Part shown: positions 46,471 through 55,336 of the stretch, piece by piece | Layout: the number at the start of each line of letters is the position of its first letter | How positions within the stretch are numbered: position 1 is the first letter of the stretch | Virus record (IMG/VR): IMGVR_UViG_3300011741_000001 | Coordinates: 1-64,000 of that record | Length of the DNA: 64,000 bases | Origin: an uncultured virus (IMG/VR IMGVR_UViG_3300011741_000001) | Lineage: Duplodnaviria > Heunggongvirae > Uroviricota > Caudoviricetes | Direction: 5' to 3' (one strand) | Made by a program: the position numbers and the translations under genes | The notes under the pieces: generated by a model | What the model was told of the DNA's origin: nothing | Database searches by the model: none | The model's input: the letters and a program-made list of their open reading frames with translations, nothing else

Positions 46471-47349
46471 ATGTCCATTAAAGATCGTTTAATCCTTCCT
46501 GATCAGGGTCTGCACGTAGACGGCGGTAGCTACGACATGGTTAACCCGTTCTCCTCGGGCCAAAACGGCCCGGTTGGACAGGTTGGTAAGTTTGTAACGA
46601 ACGCGCACCGTCTGCGTCGTAACGTCATCGCACGTGTGATGGAGTTCCCGAAATGGGTTGACTACATGCCAAATCCCGCCATCTGGCGCTTGGCCATTAA
46701 GTCATTCATCGAAGTGCACTCCACCATCTCTGGTCTGGATAAGACCCTGAGCGCTGATTACGTTCAGACTCAGCAGGGTCGTAACAACCGCATCCAGTAT
46801 GAAGCTGGTATGGTGACAGAAGCTATTTCGTCTGTGACCCACACCTCACCGGATAAACACGGTAAGGTGTTCCAGAACATGCTGTGGGCGTGGTTGGTCT
46901 ACGGCGTTATGGACCCGAACACCGGCCACCCCGGTATCGTTGCCATTAACCCGAACGTACCTGACCACCTCCCGGATATGTACAGCATGACCGTGCTGTA
47001 TATCGAACCGGATGCGTACCAGCGTAAAGCGCAGAACGCCTTCTGGCTGACGAACATGTCACCAGAAACCGCGGGTTCTGATACCGGTGATCGTGATCCG
47101 AACACTGGGCCGCAGACCAACGAACTGTCCATCACCTTTACCTCCCAGCAATGGACAGGTTGGGGCCCGATGCAGGCAGCGACTGCGGAACTGGAGCGTA
47201 TGAAGCTCTACGGCCTGCGTCCTTACGAGCGTAAGCTGTGGCTGACTCCGTCTCAGCAGACCGATGGGTTCAACCCAGACGTCAATGCGACGGCCGGCGG
47301 GTACCGTACGGTGTCCGACGAGTTCATGGCGAACCAGTTGTCTCGCTAA
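46471..47349 (+). CDS. Tail tube protein (phiKZ gp30-like)
   Basis: 292 aa directly after the sheath; AFWLTNMSP...ELSITFT tube-like motif; terminator at 47367-47392. Confidence 0.85.
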   Translation: MSIKDRLILPDQGLHVDGGSYDMVNPFSSGQNGPVGQVGKFVTNAHRLRRNVIARVMEFPKWVDYMPNPAIWRLAIKSFIEVHSTISGLDKTLSADYVQTQQGRNNRIQYEAGMVTEAISSVTHTSPDKHGKVFQNMLWAWLVYGVMDPNTGHPGIVAINPNVPDHLPDMYSMTVLYIEPDAYQRKAQNAFWLTNMSPETAGSDTGDRDPNTGPQTNELSITFTSQQWTGWGPMQAATAELERMKLYGLRPYERKLWLTPSQQTDGFNPDVNATAGGYRTVSDEFMANQLSR

Positions 47350-47397
47350 GCAAAAAAAAAGAAAGTACCCAACTCCTTCACGGGAGTTGGGTTGCTT

Positions 47398-47904
47398 TTA
47401 TTTTTTCGCATCAGCAGTCGGCTGACCGGAAACCTGTGCACGCACGGTTGTCCACTTCAGACGTTGCAGGAACAGATACGTGACCAGTGCATCAAATTCA
47501 GGACGCGGTGACGCATCGTTGTATTTCTGGTACGCGAGTTCCCACAGCGACAGGCTGTTATCGCGACTGGTGTCCGGCGCTTCGACAGGTGTGGCACTGA
47601 ACAGTTCGTTCTTCAGCTTCTCCAGCACGCTCTTACCGAACTCCAGTTTCAGGTGCACACGCAGGTTAATGATGAACCCGGCGGTGGCGTTGCCTTTCTG
47701 GTCACCCTGAATCTGTTCAGAGAGGAAACGTTGGTAACCGTTGGTGGTGTGTGCAATGATCTCCATGGGAAAATCTGCCACGTTATCTACCACGGCTTCG
47801 TCACAGGCGTCCATCCACGCCGCAACATAGATTTCGGTGATGTTACCCACACCCTCAATGATTTCCGCACGGGTACGGGATTCTTGCATCAGTTCCATTA
47901 TCAT
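47398..47904 (-). CDS. Hypothetical protein
   Basis: 168 aa, ATGA overlap. Confidence 0.7.
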   Translation of the reverse strand: MIMELMQESRTRAEIIEGVGNITEIYVAAWMDACDEAVVDNVADFPMEIIAHTTNGYQRFLSEQIQGDQKGNATAGFIINLRVHLKLEFGKSVLEKLKNELFSATPVEAPDTSRDNSLSLWELAYQKYNDASPRPEFDALVTYLFLQRLKWTTVRAQVSGQPTADAKK

Positions 47905-48182
47905 TCCTTCACATAGTGGCTGACGCGCAGGGCACAGTACGGCACCGAAGGAGACATCGGAACGTGGTAGACGTTCTCCACGATACGGAACCCAGGACGC
48001 GGCAGACGGGATTTAGAAAACGAGAAGTCAATACCGACTTCGATGACAGCTTCCGGCGGTAAGTCACTGCCGATTTTGTGGTTCTTGGTGTTGAGGATGC
48101 GTAAGACCTCTAAGGCAATCGGGTCTTCATACATGGCTTTGATTTCGGTGAGGCTACCCAAGATAGGCATTTGTGGCTCCAA
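47901..48182 (-). CDS. Hypothetical protein (start likely ATG 48170)
   Basis: GGAG RBS before MPILG; promoter motif at 48199-48224. Confidence 0.65.
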   Translation of the reverse strand: MEPQMPILGSLTEIKAMYEDPIALEVLRILNTKNHKIGSDLPPEAVIEVGIDFSFSKSRLPRPGFRIVENVYHVPMSPSVPYCALRVSHYVKE

Positions 48183-48254
48183 AAGTTTGCTGTGTTGTCA
48201 TACAACAATAGTCGTGTGTAAAAACAAAAAAAAGAGCGCCCCGAAGGGCACCCA

Positions 48255-48890
48255 TTATTTCTTGACAATCCAGCTGATGAACACCTGCTCCTGTTCCATC
48301 CCTGCTATCTCCCGCGCCCGTGGGTTAATCGGAACTCCCATCTGCGCCACGAAGTCGCGGCCTTCTACCTGAAGTTTAATGTCGTCAGGCAGCGGAGAGA
48401 TATGCACCCACGCAGTCCCCGGAATATCGAAGTGCGTGATATACCCGTAGTTCATGATGGTACCTTTTATCACCGATGTGAAATCAGAATCTGGTTTTGG
48501 GCTCTGCCAGTGTACCAGCTTATCCATTTGCATGGGAAAGCCGAATCTGTCCAGTGGGTAATCGGGTAACCCTGTGGGGTTTGCAATGTAGGCGCGTACG
48601 GCGTCTCCTGCCGGTTCCAGCTTCACTGACAGGATGATGTAATCGTACGCCAAGGATAACGGTTCCATTACTCCGTACGGTTTGTCTAAGTGCTCGTAAC
48701 CTTCCAGTAAATACACCTTGGCATCCGGATGGATGAACGTGGTGTCGTCAGGTGTCCACTCTACTTTGCAGTTAATGCCGGTGCCACCAACGGGCACCCC
48801 ACGGTTGTGAAGAACGATTGCTGTGGCGATGGCCAGACGATCACGATAGTCCGTATGGTGCAGTTCTTTAACTAATCCCAGTTCTATCAT
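48255..48890 (-). CDS. Hypothetical protein
   Basis: 211 aa, GGGAG RBS. Confidence 0.7.
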   Translation of the reverse strand: MIELGLVKELHHTDYRDRLAIATAIVLHNRGVPVGGTGINCKVEWTPDDTTFIHPDAKVYLLEGYEHLDKPYGVMEPLSLAYDYIILSVKLEPAGDAVRAYIANPTGLPDYPLDRFGFPMQMDKLVHWQSPKPDSDFTSVIKGTIMNYGYITHFDIPGTAWVHISPLPDDIKLQVEGRDFVAQMGVPINPRAREIAGMEQEQVFISWIVKK

Positions 48891-48942
48891 TGTATCTCCC
48901 TAACAAAAAAAGAAGACCCCACACGTGTGGGGTCAGTTAATC

Positions 48943-49440
48943 TTATTCGTCGTCTTCAGTTTCGAAGAACGATGCACCGAAGGCTTTACGCACTGCGCCT
49001 TCCAGTGACTTCGGTTTCGGTGAGCTCATGCCAAAGCCGATAGACGAGTTATAGTCTTTCTGCGTTGGGGTTTCGTTGGTCGGACGAGACCAAACGGTTG
49101 AGTATTGGGTAGAGCCCGCGGTGTGGGTCAGGTCGAGTGCGGCAATCTCTTCGTTGCCACGCGCCAGCTCACCCACGTGGGTGGCGGCCAGCGTACCGAA
49201 CGCGCCCAGATAGTTGGCTTTGAATTTATCAATACCGTCCATGTCCGCGGTGGTCAGCTGATACTCCAGCTTGCCTTTGTGGTCTTCCGGTACCGTCAGG
49301 TTCAGCGTTGGCAGCAGGGTGCCATACAGGTCGTTCAGCGGCGCTTCAACCAGCTTGTTGTTCTCATCGACAGCGATGATGTTGTCAACAGCAGACAGGG
49401 CATTGATAAGTTCTTTTTCGGAAAGGATCTTGATTGACAT
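48943..49440 (-). CDS. Abundant early hypothetical protein
   Basis: AAGGA RBS, early promoter at 49497, biased codons, own terminator. Confidence 0.75.
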   Translation of the reverse strand: MSIKILSEKELINALSAVDNIIAVDENNKLVEAPLNDLYGTLLPTLNLTVPEDHKGKLEYQLTTADMDGIDKFKANYLGAFGTLAATHVGELARGNEEIAALDLTHTAGSTQYSTVWSRPTNETPTQKDYNSSIGFGMSSPKPKSLEGAVRKAFGASFFETEDDE

Positions 49441-49522
49441 TTAAATATTCCTTACGGGTTGATGGGTAAAATGATTACATTGGTAATCTCACTGAAATAA
49501 TATCTATCCCAATGGATTTACA

Positions 49523-50209
49523 TTACAGGGTGGCTTCGTACTTCGCTTCTAACTCAGCCGTGAATTCAGGGGTGTAGTAACTGATGTCCAGACTTTCAAT
49601 CAGTTCCAGTCTCTTAGCCAGTCGTTCAGCAAAGAGCTTGCCGTACCATTCCGGCACTCGACCGTAGCCGTTACGTCCAAACTTTTCCTGGATGTGGGTA
49701 ATGGAATGGAACTTGGCATCGGTAGAAGATTTGCCGTGGGAGCGTGCGTAGAGATAGCTACGCCCAAGATAGTTACCGACCTCATCTGTGGACGGAATTC
49801 CACGGTCGGCGGCTGCCACGATTTCGGAGATGATACCATTGTAGTTTGCACCGGTGTAACTCCCGCGGTGTTCAAGGACAGCGTAAGCGACAATCTCAAT
49901 GTCTTTCTTCGTCAGTCCGAATTTATGTTCCAGCACAGCGGCGTTATCGTATACCCAGTTGAACGCGAGGATGTGATGACGGCTGCGCAGCTCAGTGGTG
50001 CTGTAGATGTCGTGAATACCAATCGCGACAATCGCCAGCGGAAGATGTTCTTGCCATTCCATCAGGTGACAGATACGGATGGCGTTACTCATCACCGAAT
50101 CGATGTGGTCGAGACGATGGGCTGAATCGGTCTTCAGGTAAAACGGTTTGAAATACTTCTTCAGTTTTTCGCGCAAGGCAGATAACTCTTTACCAGAAAC
50201 ATGTTCCAC
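49523..50209 (-). CDS. HD-domain phosphohydrolase
   Basis: AHRLDHI...IHDI...HH...EHR...AAD; early promoter at 50263. Confidence 0.85.
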   Translation of the reverse strand: MEHVSGKELSALREKLKKYFKPFYLKTDSAHRLDHIDSVMSNAIRICHLMEWQEHLPLAIVAIGIHDIYSTTELRSRHHILAFNWVYDNAAVLEHKFGLTKKDIEIVAYAVLEHRGSYTGANYNGIISEIVAAADRGIPSTDEVGNYLGRSYLYARSHGKSSTDAKFHSITHIQEKFGRNGYGRVPEWYGKLFAERLAKRLELIESLDISYYTPEFTAELEAKYEATL

Positions 50210-50346
50210 TGTGATACTCCAATAGTCGACTAGGGATTTGATTAAGATGGTACATCACAACAATAATATCTATCTGTGAATTTTTCGAATAGGGGCAAAC
50301 AAAATACGGTAAGCGAACACCCCGAAAGGTGCTCGCGCGGAACCGT

Positions 50347-50898
50347 TTAACGAATCTGTAAAATGAACCCGGTACTGGCGTTCGGATCTTCCTGATACTC
50401 TGCAATGTGTTGAACGAGAGCCTCAACGTTCGGGGCATCTGCCAACGTCCACAGTGCGAAACCGCCCTTGAGTGCCCATTCATTGCAGTTGCGGCGATAA
50501 TCATCAACCAGCAAATGTCCGCGTCCTGCGTATTCTTTTTTAGCTGCTGAGTTCTCAGTTACGATCAACCGGTCAGCAGAAATGCCAAAGTGTTTCTTGT
50601 ACCACGCTTCCTTTCCTTCTTTGCAACGGTCGAAGTCCGGATGGTCTTCAGCTGCCGAGGTCAGAATGCGCCAGCCACAGTCATTGCGATCTGCAGCCTC
50701 CAGAAGTAACTCTGCACCCGGTAACGGGTCTAGCTTGTAGAACAAGTCAGGGTCTTTCTGGTAAATCTCGCGGAAGATTCCACGTCTTTTTGTTTCTGGG
50801 ATTTTGTGGAACTCTTCCCAGTTGACATTGTGCAGGTGATGTCGCTCGACATATTTGCGCCAGCCTGCCATCACGCCGTCGCTATCCAAATTCAACAT
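50347..50898 (-). CDS. HAD-family 5'(3')-deoxyribonucleotidase (NT5C-like)
   Basis: LDSDGV, ILTS, K..W, LLVDD motifs. Confidence 0.85.
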   Translation of the reverse strand: MLNLDSDGVMAGWRKYVERHHLHNVNWEEFHKIPETKRRGIFREIYQKDPDLFYKLDPLPGAELLLEAADRNDCGWRILTSAAEDHPDFDRCKEGKEAWYKKHFGISADRLIVTENSAAKKEYAGRGHLLVDDYRRNCNEWALKGGFALWTLADAPNVEALVQHIAEYQEDPNASTGFILQIR

Positions 50899-51003
50899 TT
50901 CAACAAATCCTATTCTTGATAAAACCCCCGACTACACACCAACTGCGTGTGCAGTAAAAAGTAACAGCCCCCACCGTCACTGATGTCTCGAGTCAACAAT
51001 CGG

Positions 51004-51300
51004 TCACTGTTTCACCGAAAGTATTCCTCGAAGGGGTTCACTCAATAAAAAGTATGCCTTGCTGAAATCGATGCTCACCCCCGCAGTGCGTAAATCCAAT
51101 GCGAAGGCTGCCAACTCCATTGGCATGATGCCGGCGATGACGTTGTTGATTTTACGCTTGGTGTCCAACCGCGCGCTTAACACTTCTGCCAATACCTCCT
51201 TACCCCCACGACCGTTGATCGTGTAGATAGCGAGGAGCTTCAACTCTTCGGAAGAAAGCCCCCGCAGTGTAGGAGGTACTGTAACGTTAACGACATTCAT
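51004..51300 (-). CDS. Hypothetical protein
   Basis: 98 aa, GGGGGA RBS. Confidence 0.6.
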   Translation of the reverse strand: MNVVNVTVPPTLRGLSSEELKLLAIYTINGRGGKEVLAEVLSARLDTKRKINNVIAGIMPMELAAFALDLRTAGVSIDFSKAYFLLSEPLRGILSVKQ

Positions 51301-51345
51301 ACGTCCCCCTTCAGTACGGTCAGTGATTGCAGACCACGAACTGAC

Positions 51346-51978
51346 TTATACGGTGACGGTGTACCCGTTTAGCGCTTTGGCAAAAGACTCCGCCGCAATC
51401 TCTTTGGCGTCAGACACAGACGCAATTCCGTTGCTTTGGTTCACCCGAACTTTCAGCTGGTAAGTGCGATCTGCTTTTAACTGTTGGTTGGCCGTAAACG
51501 TCAGGTCACGGTTTGTCCGCACCACGAACACAAAGTGTCCGCCGTTGGTCCCCATTTCCATCAGTCGCATCTCACCGTACACCTTGGCCGGGATTTCCCA
51601 GTTAGACATACGGTGAGGGACAACCCACACTTCCCCCGCACGTACCGGTTCCTGACTCAACTCAATCGACGGCTGAACCACAGAGCGTTCGTCAAAGCCG
51701 TAGATATAGACCCGAGAGGGAACTTCAATTGTCGAGAGAACGTGACGGGCCGATTCAATACAGCGCACGAGGTCTAGCGAACAGCAGACCCGTGGCACCG
51801 TTTTGTCTTCGTCCGGCATCGCCGACAACGGGATACGTGGGCTAAACGTTCGAATCGTCCCCACACTGATGTGGAGCGGTGGAACGGATACCAACTTCGG
51901 GGCCAATTTCTTGACCACCCGAGGCATCTGGTTTTGCAACCAGCGGTCTAAGGAAGCGTCGTATGTGTTCATTACCAA
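51346..51978 (-). CDS. Virion (head) protein (phiKZ gp174 position)
   Basis: FSPRIP...EDKTVPRVCCS motif; downstream of the protease. Confidence 0.7.
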   Translation of the reverse strand: MVMNTYDASLDRWLQNQMPRVVKKLAPKLVSVPPLHISVGTIRTFSPRIPLSAMPDEDKTVPRVCCSLDLVRCIESARHVLSTIEVPSRVYIYGFDERSVVQPSIELSQEPVRAGEVWVVPHRMSNWEIPAKVYGEMRLMEMGTNGGHFVFVVRTNRDLTFTANQQLKADRTYQLKVRVNQSNGIASVSDAKEIAAESFAKALNGYTVTV

Positions 51979-52775
51979 GTCCCTGCGCCTAAGCCCATGA
52001 CGCGCACGTTAGAGCGCACCTCGGTATATTGCAGGTACTCTTGTGCGATGGCACGGACATTGGAGCGGCGCGATTCAGTTGCCACGGACGCAGTCGCCTG
52101 TGGATTGAAAATGATGTCTTCCAGTGTCTGACGTGTGATCGGACGATCCACGTAAGTACGGGTTGACTCCTGCGCAACTTTACTGCCACGTTGCATCGCA
52201 GAGTATTTGTTGCAAATCTGCAAGCCGTCTTCGATGACCCAGTCAAACGTGACCAGTTTATCGATACGGCGGGTAACAGACCCACCCTGGCGTTTCTCAC
52301 GCACAATCGCACGCAACGAGAAACACACGTTCTGGTGTGGGTTATCCAGACCGGCCTGCAGGTATTGACCCCGCTCACGGTCAGGCTTAATCCAGCCCCA
52401 GATTTCCACCACCGGTAACCCGTTACACACCTGATCGGTTTGCTTCAGCTCGACCTCACGGATGTGGTGCGAAACGTTTTTGGTTTCAATCCACTCGTTA
52501 CGTTCGATGAAGGCCGCTTCCGACATGTCGTTTTCCCACGGCGGGTGATCCTCTTCGCCGTACAGGTTCCCGGCTAAGACTTTGCGCATAAAGATGTTGC
52601 TGCGATCAAACACGTGCTTGGATTCATTGAACGCGTAAAAAATCCCTTCGGAGTTAAACACGTTCAGTGCTGCCAGTAGCACGTAGTAATAGCCATCTTT
52701 ATCTTTTTTCAGTTGGGCGGCGTTATTTACGCCCGCCAGCGCCACACAATTGTAGCGCACGGATAAGTCACTCAT
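51972..52775 (-). CDS. Prohead protease (phiKZ gp175 / T4 gp21-like)
   Basis: LYGEEDHP, NVSHHI, CFSLRA, VTFDWV motifs; C-terminal AQE/ATE/AQE candidate self-cleavage sites. Confidence 0.9.
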   Translation of the reverse strand: MSDLSVRYNCVALAGVNNAAQLKKDKDGYYYVLLAALNVFNSEGIFYAFNESKHVFDRSNIFMRKVLAGNLYGEEDHPPWENDMSEAAFIERNEWIETKNVSHHIREVELKQTDQVCNGLPVVEIWGWIKPDRERGQYLQAGLDNPHQNVCFSLRAIVREKRQGGSVTRRIDKLVTFDWVIEDGLQICNKYSAMQRGSKVAQESTRTYVDRPITRQTLEDIIFNPQATASVATESRRSNVRAIAQEYLQYTEVRSNVRVMGLGAGTW

Positions 52776-52787
52776 GGCAGCTCCTGA

Positions 52788-53510
52788 TTACCGCATAAAG
52801 AGATCTTCCAGAGGCTCCGCTCGAATTGGGTCGACGTTCAAGGCTGACATAATGCCGCGCTTGAGTTCGACGTCCGCGAGTTTCGCCAGACGAGAAGTTT
52901 TGTTAAGACTACCGTCACGCAACGGAATAAACTGAACCGGTTTAAACAAGTCCGAGTCTTTCTTAAGCGAGTTCCGAAAGAATTGACGTGGGTCACCCTG
53001 AACACGCTGCGTGTGAGCCGCATAACAGTCAGCAGTAATCTGGTCAGCAAACACCCGGAAGCCATTCCACTTCTGGGTCTCTGAGAGGAGCTCCGCATCT
53101 TCCACCGCAGTCGCCCAGAACGGACGGTTACCAAAGTCGTACCAATACGACGCGATGTTGTACACGTGGTTAGAAACAACCTGCAGCATCCGGTTCGGGA
53201 ACACAACAGTCCCCGGATCAAATCGAAATTCGTAATACGGCTCACCGTGAACCGTAATCTCCTCAAACGAGGAGGGCGTGATTTCAATCAACGTTGTGAC
53301 GTTACTCACCCCGTACGTTTTTCGGTCTGTCGAAATCGCAAACAGACCGATAATTTCAATCGAGCTTGAGATGAAAGCCAGATCTTTGGAGGTGAACCCA
53401 ACGGGGATGTAAATGTAACACCCCCCTTTGGTTATCGACGCAACGCCCTGATTGACCAAATCAGCATGAACCTTGGCTCCGTTCCGCTGTGCGGTTTCAA
53501 TGACGCTCAC
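52788..53510 (-). CDS. Virion protein, possible vRNAP-associated subunit (phiKZ gp176 position)
   Basis: 240 aa, AGGAGG RBS, synteny. Confidence 0.65.
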   Translation of the reverse strand: MSVIETAQRNGAKVHADLVNQGVASITKGGCYIYIPVGFTSKDLAFISSSIEIIGLFAISTDRKTYGVSNVTTLIEITPSSFEEITVHGEPYYEFRFDPGTVVFPNRMLQVVSNHVYNIASYWYDFGNRPFWATAVEDAELLSETQKWNGFRVFADQITADCYAAHTQRVQGDPRQFFRNSLKKDSDLFKPVQFIPLRDGSLNKTSRLAKLADVELKRGIMSALNVDPIRAEPLEDLFMR

Positions 53511-53521
53511 GTGCTACCTCC

Positions 53522-54994
53522 TTACGCGTGGGATGCATCCACCGTGACGCCTTGCAGCAGCCAGTCGGTGACGTAGTTGATGGTCCACTCAGTGGCCACT
53601 TCGTCAGGTTGACGTTTTTCCAGCATCCCATCGTGGATGGCAACCAGCAAGCTGGTGACGTTGTGTTCACCAAACACTTCCTGTCCGGCCGTCTCAATGA
53701 TGAAACGGGTGAGGTCAGTGGTGTCGCGGTGGAACAGGAAGTCGATACGGGAGTTCACCGCCAGGGTGATTTCCTGCACAGACATCAGGTTACCTTGCAG
53801 GTCGTGCCCGTAGGTTTCCTTGTCGCCGGTACCGAGTGCCACGTTGAACGCCTGTTTCAACGCCTGACGGTTTTTCGCTAACCAGTCAGTGTCTTCGTTC
53901 ATGCGGGAGATAACCCCACGACGTTCCCAGGCTGCCACGTACTTCTCGTTGTTGGCAATCAACTGGTTGGCGTTCAGGCTTACCCCTTTGGCACCGTCAT
54001 CCAGCAGGTACAGGGCACCGTACAGCGCTTCAGGACAACCGCCTTTATCGATGTAGGCGTCAAACGCCTCCTGACACACGTAGACGCGTTTTTGGGCGTA
54101 GTCATAGCTGTAGACCACTTGACCCCCTTCCGTGCGTTCTACGATGTTCTGAGCGAACATATAGAGCCAACCCACAGACGTATAGAATATACGGTTAAAC
54201 ACGTTCTCCCATGCGTTGCTGCTGAGGCCAGAATCGGCCCACGGGTTTTCCGCGTAGTAAGACGACAGCAACAGGCTGAGAATCTTACCGCGTGCCGCCA
54301 CCGGGGCATTGTCCGCCGCCGGCGAAATCACCGTTTCGGCCAGCATCATTTCCAGCGCATCACGCAGTGAGATCCCGGCGTCGTTCAGCAAACGCCCCAG
54401 CAGGTCATCAAACGCTTTGCTGCCCGTGACCGGCACTTGCAGATCGTCAGGGATGCTTACCTGATACGCTTCGTGCACAAAGCCGTTACCGGTTTTGTTG
54501 GCCACACTGTCAATCAGGGCTTTCACCACCGGCTCATCAAACGCCGGGTCTAAGCCCACAGGCTCCAGTGCCCAATCCTCTTTGGTTTCTTCAACCGGTG
54601 CCATAGTGGCGTTCTTCACCACTTCCGACACAAACGGTTGTACCACGTTGCGGGCAAAGTCCAGTAAACCGTCCACACGCGATACGGCAATACCCTTCAA
54701 CTGCTGCAGGGTTTTTTCGTGGTCGTCCACCGACAGCACATCTGCGCCGGCAGCGGTATCAATTACCACGGACTCTTCACCGGTACCGGATGACGGTTTC
54801 ACCAGCGCGGTCACTTTAGGCAGGTCTTGATAGAACTGCTCATCGGTAATCGCACTGTCGTAGACCGTGCGGGTGTTGGTCGCTTTGTTCATCAACCCCA
54901 CGATAGACTCGTCGTCTGCCGCGATGTTCATGTTGTACTGCTTGGCCAAACGCATGGCGTTGGTGGTGGCATTGAGCGAATACAGGTTAATCAC
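53522..54994 (-). CDS. Virion head protein (phiKZ gp177 position)
   Basis: 490 aa, synteny between vRNAP beta and the protease. Confidence 0.7.
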   Translation of the reverse strand: MINLYSLNATTNAMRLAKQYNMNIAADDESIVGLMNKATNTRTVYDSAITDEQFYQDLPKVTALVKPSSGTGEESVVIDTAAGADVLSVDDHEKTLQQLKGIAVSRVDGLLDFARNVVQPFVSEVVKNATMAPVEETKEDWALEPVGLDPAFDEPVVKALIDSVANKTGNGFVHEAYQVSIPDDLQVPVTGSKAFDDLLGRLLNDAGISLRDALEMMLAETVISPAADNAPVAARGKILSLLLSSYYAENPWADSGLSSNAWENVFNRIFYTSVGWLYMFAQNIVERTEGGQVVYSYDYAQKRVYVCQEAFDAYIDKGGCPEALYGALYLLDDGAKGVSLNANQLIANNEKYVAAWERRGVISRMNEDTDWLAKNRQALKQAFNVALGTGDKETYGHDLQGNLMSVQEITLAVNSRIDFLFHRDTTDLTRFIIETAGQEVFGEHNVTSLLVAIHDGMLEKRQPDEVATEWTINYVTDWLLQGVTVDASHA

Positions 54995-55284
54995 ACTACA
55001 CCCCCTTTGGCAGTGTCCACGGCACGTTGCAGTTTGGCAGTAAGCTTGCCGCCCAGCATGTCCGCGATATCGCGTTTGAGCAAGCGCTGATCGCCCACCT
55101 GATTTGACAGGCCATCACAGCGACGCAACAGTTCATGGATAATCTCGGTACCCAATTCAATGGTGTTGCCGAGCACAACGTAGTTAAGACGTGACTGGGC
55201 ACTAAAGCCGTCCGTATTCCGATCCTGATTCTGACGCGAGACCGGCAAACCGTTACGCGCACGAATTTCATCCAAAATGCTCAT
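54991..55284 (-). CDS. Small conserved hypothetical protein
   Basis: 97 aa, GGAG RBS, GTGA overlap. Confidence 0.7.
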   Translation of the reverse strand: MSILDEIRARNGLPVSRQNQDRNTDGFSAQSRLNYVVLGNTIELGTEIIHELLRRCDGLSNQVGDQRLLKRDIADMLGGKLTAKLQRAVDTAKGGVV

Positions 55285-55336
55285 GTTGACTCCGGAGTGT
55301 TATGGTCTCGGTGGGAGCGACCCACCGAGGGATTTT

